Positions 58,207-64,000 of a DNA stretch of 64,000 bases are shown here, piece after piece; the stretch's first letter is position 1, and each line of letters starts with the position of its first letter. Made by a program: the position numbers and the translations under genes. The stretch is from the NCBI RefSeq assembly GCF_000142905.1, contig NW_013657670.1:514411-578410 (forward strand). Direction: 5' to 3'. Origin of the DNA: Thecamonas trahens ATCC 50062 (Eukaryota > Protista > Apusomonadida). Under the pieces are notes generated by a model. That model had not been told where the DNA came from. It did not search any database and worked only from the letters and a program-made list of their open reading frames with translations.

Positions 58207-59616
58207 TTACTGACCCGGCGAAAACTCCGCGAGGTGTGTATACGGCACGACGTCCGACTCCATCTGGCAGGATGAACCTGTTGACTGGTCCTTGGGCGTC
58301 CGCTGGGCCGAGAGCGAACGCCGGCGCATGGCGATGGAGCGCGCGGCGCCGGCGGACGAGGCAGCCGACTCGGCGAGCGGCAGGTCGATTTGCTCGAGAA
58401 AGCGCAGGATGAGCATACAAATCTCCTCAGATTGGCGCTCGTCGGCGTATACATGGGTCTCAAAGGTGGCCTCGATGGCTCTCGCCAGGTCGCCGCGGCG
58501 CGACTCGACCATGGCACGGCCAGCCGGGTACGAGTGGATGAGGGCGACAACCTGGATGAGGACAGCGGTGAGCGACGGCGGCCAGGCCTCCGGTGACGCG
58601 AGGAGTGCAGTGGCGCGGTCAATGACAACCCGAGCAGTCCGAAGCGTGATGACCGGATCGAGCACAACAAAGAACGAGAAGAGGCGTACGAGGCCCTGCA
58701 GCGCGGTTGGGGACTCGAGCCGGCCGACAAGGGCGGGAATAAGGAGAGCCTCGTGTGGGTTCTGCTCAAAGTGGGCATTGGACACAAGCGAGAACCGCTC
58801 GACAATGCCGACATAGCCGAGGAGAACCTCTGCATCAGCGCAGTAGGCCTTTCGGGTGTCGATCTTGTCGTCGACAAACCGCTTCCGCCGCTGGTAGATG
58901 GCGTGGAGCATGACGGCAGACGCACCTTTCTCTTCCGCCAAGCCGGCAAACGGAGTTGAGATGTTAGCGAGAGCAGCGAGGGCCAGCGCGCCGTGGCGCT
59001 GGACGTGTGAGTCGTTGCAGAACCGGGTGAGCGTGCCGACGATGTTGCCGGCCAGCTTGATAACATTCTCCCGGTCGTCCAGAAACTCGAGCAAAGGCAA
59101 AGGCGTCGGCACGCTCGTCGCAAGCAGATGCAGACGATGCAGCGCGCCGTGGAGGCTCTTGACCGGGGCGGTTGGGTAGTGCGGCGGGAACGGGGAGAGC
59201 GAACGCTCTAGAAATTGCGACCAGGCATGACGGGCTTTGATATCCTCCTTCCCACTTGCTTTCCGCCTGTGGCTAGTAGCCTGGGCGTGTGACAGGGCAC
59301 TGTCATGGTCGCCGTCGGATCGGAAGAGCGCCCCAAGCGAGTTGACCGAGGCCAATGACTCGTTGAGTGGCGAGGCCAGGGAGGTACTGCCGGCCCCGGC
59401 CCCGAATCCGTTCTGTCTGCGGGAAAGGGTCTCAAGATACGTCGGCGACACCGGCGAGCTCCCCAGATCGACTGTGGGCACCAACTCTTGTGACAGTCTC
59501 CCCGTGGACACGTCGCCCGAAGCAGCAGAATGGGCTCCTGGCCTTGGCTGGCTCCTTGCCCGGGAAGGTCGGCCGTCGTGGGACGTTGGCGCCGCCCGCG
59601 AGCTTCCACAGCCCAT
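58207..59616 (-). CDS. Hypothetical dually acylated (MGCGSS) helical/ARM-like protein
   Basis: N-myristoylation/palmitoylation motif MGCGSS and ARM-like VQRHGALALAALA. Confidence 0.65.
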   Translation of the reverse strand: MGCGSSRAAPTSHDGRPSRARSQPRPGAHSAASGDVSTGRLSQELVPTVDLGSSPVSPTYLETLSRRQNGFGAGAGSTSLASPLNESLASVNSLGALFRSDGDHDSALSHAQATSHRRKASGKEDIKARHAWSQFLERSLSPFPPHYPTAPVKSLHGALHRLHLLATSVPTPLPLLEFLDDRENVIKLAGNIVGTLTRFCNDSHVQRHGALALAALANISTPFAGLAEEKGASAVMLHAIYQRRKRFVDDKIDTRKAYCADAEVLLGYVGIVERFSLVSNAHFEQNPHEALLIPALVGRLESPTALQGLVRLFSFFVVLDPVITLRTARVVIDRATALLASPEAWPPSLTAVLIQVVALIHSYPAGRAMVESRRGDLARAIEATFETHVYADERQSEEICMLILRFLEQIDLPLAESAASSAGAARSIAMRRRSLSAQRTPKDQSTGSSCQMESDVVPYTHLAEFSPGQ

Positions 59617-59838
59617 GCTCAGCCCCCCAAAGACAAGTCCAAGACTAAGAGCAGAGGTGCAAGGTGCTTGGAATGCGTGTGGGGTGGTGAAACGGGGGTT
59701 GCGGTAGGCTGGTGTGCGGTGGGTGGAAGAGCGGTGGTGCGGGTGTGGGTGGGTGGCCAGCGGGTCAATACGGGGTGGCGTTGAGTCGCTCGCGGCGTGT
59801 CACTTGACGCCTAGGCCGGGTGCGAAGAGAGGGCGCCG

Positions 59839-60591
59839 GTGGGCATGGCGTGTACGCATGCGACGGTAGTGCGATGCTTGGTCTCGATTCCGGTGGCTTC
59901 AGTGCGGGCACTAGCGTTTACGACAGCAGCCAAGGCGGCAGTCTCGGCCTTGCTTGGTGGCCTCACGTCGTCGGCGAGGACGCGTCGGTACGCAGTAGCA
60001 GACGCCGAGCACTACACAGTACATGCAGAGCGACCAGAGTTACCCGACTGGATGCAGATACGGTTGCCAAGGTGGCTGCCAAGAAGACTCGCCGCAGCAG
60101 TGGCAGCAGCAACGGACTCGTCGACTTTCAGCTTTGGCGCGTCGTTTGCTGCGGCGGCCGCGACGTATCGTGCGGCGGTGTGCTTCGTGCTCCCGCTGCT
60201 GCGGAGGGCGGGCGTGCGATCCAAGATGGCTGGAGGGGTTGTGGCGGGCAGTATGGCGGGCCTTGTACTTGGGGCATGTGAGGGGACCAGTGAGCGGTCT
60301 ATCGAGCTAGCGCTGTACATGCTTGCACGGGCGATGGATGCGCTCGTGCAAAGGATGCTCCCGCCGCTCCCGCCGCTGGCGTCGCTCATCGGAACGGTGG
60401 CTGTCTTTATGGCGCTGCAGACGATCATTATGTGGGCGTTCTGCTACAGTCCCGAACTGCTTCCGGCACGGTATCTTCGATTCATGGCGTCAATTGCGTC
60501 GCGGCAACGTCGGATGATTGCGCACATCCGGCGCATGATGCGGATCTCACAGCGCGGCAGAGCTACGCCGCATGGCCCGGATGATCTGTAG
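59839..60591 (+). CDS. TMEM135/PXMP4-like (Tim17-fold) membrane protein
   Basis: VAGSMAGLVL...RSIELALYMLARA...IIMWAFCYSPELLPARYLRF. Confidence 0.7.
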   Translation: MGMACTHATVVRCLVSIPVASVRALAFTTAAKAAVSALLGGLTSSARTRRYAVADAEHYTVHAERPELPDWMQIRLPRWLPRRLAAAVAAATDSSTFSFGASFAAAAATYRAAVCFVLPLLRRAGVRSKMAGGVVAGSMAGLVLGACEGTSERSIELALYMLARAMDALVQRMLPPLPPLASLIGTVAVFMALQTIIMWAFCYSPELLPARYLRFMASIASRQRRMIAHIRRMMRISQRGRATPHGPDDL

Positions 60592-61595
60592 CGTTTGTAA
60601 GTGATGTTTGTCTCCAAGTGACGCTCCTATCTTTGAATTCGCCTGCCAGTACCATGTGACGGTGGCGAGAGACGAAGGTCGAGGTCTGGTGAGTGGTGCT
60701 CGAGGCGGAAGTGGCGAGGCGTTACCATCTGAGGCTGCAAGGCGTGTCAGTGTGATCGATGTTGTGTGCAGGAGTGTCGACAGAGTTTGAACTGCTCGCT
60801 GTGGACAGGCAACGAGAACGAGACGTCCATGATATTGTGCACCGGAAGGTCCGCATCGGTCGCGTCGGCGTCGGCAGCGTGAGAGAGAGTGTTGCACGAG
60901 ATGTCGCTACCGATAAAACAAGAAAGGCTTTGCAGTGACCGGCGTCGGTTGCCTTGAGGGTGGCCTGGGTCTCGGCGATGGCACAGCACGAGACGAGGAG
61001 GGGGCGTGGAGACGAGGTCGAGAGCGACGCACGACGTGCGGCCTTTGGCGAGATTAGCGAGGCATTCGCCGCGGCTTACACCGAGCCATTTGGCAACATG
61101 GTGGAGCGAGATGATGGGAGGGGTACTATGGAGAAGCGTGTGCGGGGACGGAGAAAAGCGCCGCCGATGGTGTCGGATAGGGGCGATGGCGGGGAGTCGT
61201 TGTGTGTGTTCGAGGCCCGGAACGAGGAGAGGAGCAGCAGTTCGAGCTCGGATTCCAGCGGTGGGAGGTCGTCTAGCGAGTACCGCGAGTGGAAGCGGCG
61301 CAAGTTCCTGGAGGCGATCAGGATGTCTAGCAGGGAGGAGATGCTGCGGATGCATGTGAATAAAGATGTGCTATTTGTGGTGTGAATACCATCTGTGTTG
61401 CTGCTGCTGCTTCCAGCGCGAGTTGGCAGCAGAGCAGGACGGCACACTTCTTCCTGGGTGACTTCGTCCGCATGAGTGTGACAGCGTAGGTCAACAAGGA
61501 AGGGGAAAGGCGGGGAAGCGGGTACACCTTTCTCAAGAGCACAGCCGAGGAGGGAGAACAAAGCAGTCTACAAGTTCACTATTGCGACCGACGAC

Positions 61596-64000
61596 ATGAG
61601 CGGCGGGGTGCAGGAGCTTGTGCGTGCGGCCCGCGCGGGAGACCTGGAGAGGGTACAGGCGCTGGTGGAGGGTGGCGTGGCGGTGAAGGATCAAGTGGTG
61701 TCCGGGGTCAATGACCGGGTTGTGTACCAGGACACGGCTCTGACGGGCGCGGCGCGGATGGGGCGGAAGAATGTGGTGCAGTGGCTAGTGGGGAGTGCGG
61801 TGGTGGGGGTGGAGGATGGGCGGACGGACGGGTGGACGGCGGCGATGGCTGCTGCCTGGGGTGGACACCTGGATGTGATGCAGTGGCTGGTGAGCAAGGG
61901 TGGGGCGGATGTCGACAAAGCCAACAACAAGGGATGGACACCGCTGTACATCGCTGCGCAGAATGGCCACCTGAAAGTGGTACAATGGCTGGTGGACAAG
62001 GGTGGGGCGGATGTCGACAACGCCGACAACGACGGAGTCACGCCGCTGTACATTGCTGCCGAGATGGGTCAACTAGTTGTGGTACGATGGCTGGTGAACG
62101 AGGGTGGGGCGAATGTCGACAAGGCCAATAACGACGGGGCCACGCCGTTGTCTATTGCCACGCTTAGCTGCCACTTGGATGTAGTGCAGTGGCTGGTGGG
62201 CGAGGGCAAGGCGGCGGTCGACAAGGCCCTGAACAACGGAGCCACGCCACTGTACATAGCTGCGCGAAGCGGTCATCTGGATGTGGTTAAGTGGCTGGTG
62301 AGCGAGGGCGGGGCGGAGGTCGACAAGGCTCACAACAACGGAGCCACACCGCTGTACATTGCTGCACAGAAAGGCCACAAGGATGTGGTGCAGTGGCTGG
62401 TGAGCGCATATGGGATGGAGGTTGATCAAGTCAAGGACAGCGGAGCCACGTGCTTGCTCAGCGCTGCGAAAAAGGGTTGCCTAGGCTTGGTACAGTGGCT
62501 GGTGACGGAGTCCGGGGTGGCAGTCGACGAGACCGACGTCGACGGAGTCACAGTGTTGTGCATCGCTGCGCAGAATGGCAACCGGGATGTAGTGCGTTGG
62601 CTGGTGAAGACGGGCGGGGCGGATGTCAACAAGACCGTGAACGGCGGAGCAACACCACTGTATGTAGCTGCGCATAGCGGTTACCTCAATGTTGTGCAGT
62701 GGCTGGTGGGCGAGGGCGAGGCGGCGGTTGACCAGACCTTGGACTGCGGAGCCACACCACTGTACATTGCTGCGTACAACGGTCATCTGGATGTGGTTCA
62801 GTGGCTGGTGAGCGAGGGCAAGGCGGAAGTCGAATTGGCCTTGAGCAACGAAGCCACACCGCTGTACGCTGCTGCGCATAACGGTCATCTGGATGTGGTT
62901 CAGTGGCTGGCGGGCGAGGGCGGGGCGGATGTCGGCAAGGCCGACAACAACGGGGCTACACCACTGTACATTGCTGCCGAGAAGGGTCATCTGGATGTGG
63001 TGCGATGGCTGGTGAGCGAGGGCGAGGCGGATATCGATGAGGCTAACAACAACGGGGCAACACCGCTGTCTATTGCTGCGCATAGCGGTCACCTCAATGT
63101 TGTGCAGTGGCTGGTGGGCAAGGGTGGGGCGGCGGTTGACCAGACCTTGGACTGCGGAGCCACACCACTGTACATTGCTGCGCATAGCGGTCACCTGGAT
63201 GTTGTGAAGTGGCTGGTGAGCGAGGGCCGGGCGGAGGTTGACAAGGCTAGCAACAGCGGAGCCACACCGCTGTACATTGCTGCGGAGAAAGGCCACCTGG
63301 ATGTGGTGCAGTGGCTGGTGAGCGCATACGGGATGGAGGTTGACCAAGACGAGGACAGCGGAGCCACGTGCTTGCTCAGCGCTGCGAAGCAGGGTTACCT
63401 AGGCTTGGTACAGTGGCTGGTGAAGAAGTCCGAGGTGGCAGTCGACGAGACCGACGACGACGGAGTCACACCGCTGTACATGGCTGCCGAGATGGGTCAT
63501 CTGGATGTGGTGCGATGGCTGGTGAGCGAGGGTGAAGCGGCGGTCGACGAGGCCGATAATTACGGAGCCACACCGTTGTCTATTGCTGCGCATAGCGGGC
63601 ATCTGGATGTGGTTCAGTGGCTGGCGGGCGAGGGCAGGGCGGATGTCGGCAAGGCCGACAACAACGGAGCCACGCCGCTGTACATGGCTGCCGAGATGGG
63701 TCATCTGGATGTGGTGCGATGGCTGGTGAGCAAGGGCGAGGCGGAGGTCGACAAGGCTAGCAACAGCGGAGCCACACCGCTGTTTATTGCTGCGCGTAAC
63801 GGTCATCTGGAAGTGGTTCAGTGGCTGCTGGGCGAGGGAAAGGCGGCGGTCAACACGACCTTGACCAACGGAGTCACGCCGCTGTACATGGCTGCCGATA
63901 TGGGTTGTCTGGATGTGGTGCGATGGCTGGTGAGCAAGGGCGGGGCGGAGGTCGACAAGGCTAGCAACAGCGGAGCCACACCGCTGTACATCGCTGCGCA
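61596..64000 (+). CDS. Long ankyrin-repeat protein (>20 repeats of 34 aa), runs off the window
   Basis: Not in the ORF track because there is no stop in the window. MSGGVQELVRAARAGD, then 102-bp units encoding GATPLYIAAxxGHLDVVQWLVxEGxAxVDKAxN. Confidence 0.93.
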   Translation, partial: MSGGVQELVRAARAGDLERVQALVEGGVAVKDQVVSGVNDRVVYQDTALTGAARMGRKNVVQWLVGSAVVGVEDGRTDGWTAAMAAAWGGHLDVMQWLVSKGGADVDKANNKGWTPLYIAAQNGHLKVVQWLVDKGGADVDNADNDGVTPLYIAAEMGQLVVVRWLVNEGGANVDKANNDGATPLSIATLSCHLDVVQWLVGEGKAAVDKALNNGATPLYIAARSGHLDVVKWLVSEGGAEVDKAHNNGATPLYIAAQKGHKDVVQWLVSAYGMEVDQVKDSGATCLLSAAKKGCLGLVQWLVTESGVAVDETDVDGVTVLCIAAQNGNRDVVRWLVKTGGADVNKTVNGGATPLYVAAHSGYLNVVQWLVGEGEAAVDQTLDCGATPLYIAAYNGHLDVVQWLVSEGKAEVELALSNEATPLYAAAHNGHLDVVQWLAGEGGADVGKADNNGATPLYIAAEKGHLDVVRWLVSEGEADIDEANNNGATPLSIAAHSGHLNVVQWLVGKGGAAVDQTLDCGATPLYIAAHSGHLDVVKWLVSEGRAEVDKASNSGATPLYIAAEKGHLDVVQWLVSAYGMEVDQDEDSGATCLLSAAKQGYLGLVQWLVKKSEVAVDETDDDGVTPLYMAAEMGHLDVVRWLVSEGEAAVDEADNYGATPLSIAAHSGHLDVVQWLAGEGRADVGKADNNGATPLYMAAEMGHLDVVRWLVSKGEAEVDKASNSGATPLFIAARNGHLEVVQWLLGEGKAAVNTTLTNGVTPLYMAADMGCLDVVRWLVSKGGAEVDKASNSGATPLYIAA

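Noticed and set aside
147-59707. Many long overlapping ORFs (e.g. 3072..4775-, 12924..14423+, 15155..16639-, 20894..22564+, 50065..51633+, 52207..54087+)
   Set aside because: These are antisense or shifted-frame shadows of real genes, caused by high GC3 codon bias. They have no recognisable motifs.
61830-64000. Regular 102-bp repeats as a CRISPR-like array
   Set aside because: There are no unique spacers. The units are in-frame ankyrin codons.

Overview
This is a gene-dense, GC-rich stretch of a unicellular eukaryote nuclear genome, not a prokaryote. It has spliceosomal introns with mostly GTACGY donors, flagellar genes and two 100-N scaffold gaps. The style is consistent with a flagellated protist such as the apusomonad Thecamonas (inference only). 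About 30 protein genes can be reconstructed, several spliced or missing from the ORF track: NAF1, a sacsin-like ATPase-BTB fusion, MoaA/MOCS1A, a TBC RabGAP, AK7, RSPH4/6, DLST, V-ATPase A, IMPDH, a KCC-type SLC12 transporter, a methyltransferase-like protein, an Asteroid/PIN nuclease fused to a Spindle-E/TDRD9-like DEAH helicase, OSTC, mitochondrial bS21, UPF0598, an LRR protein, Sen1, VTI1, a USP, CK2-alpha, anoctamin, CCT4, a MAP2K, a secreted PHB depolymerase, a TMEM135-like protein and a long ankyrin-repeat protein. The most novel candidate is the ASTE1-like nuclease + Spn-E/TDRD9-like helicase fusion. Also notable are the sacsin-BTB fusion, a shuffled DARPin-like ankyrin array, a piggyBac relic, and an intron at the VMA1 intein site. 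Several frameshifts look like 454-type sequencing or assembly errors. All family calls come from motif recognition, not database searches.
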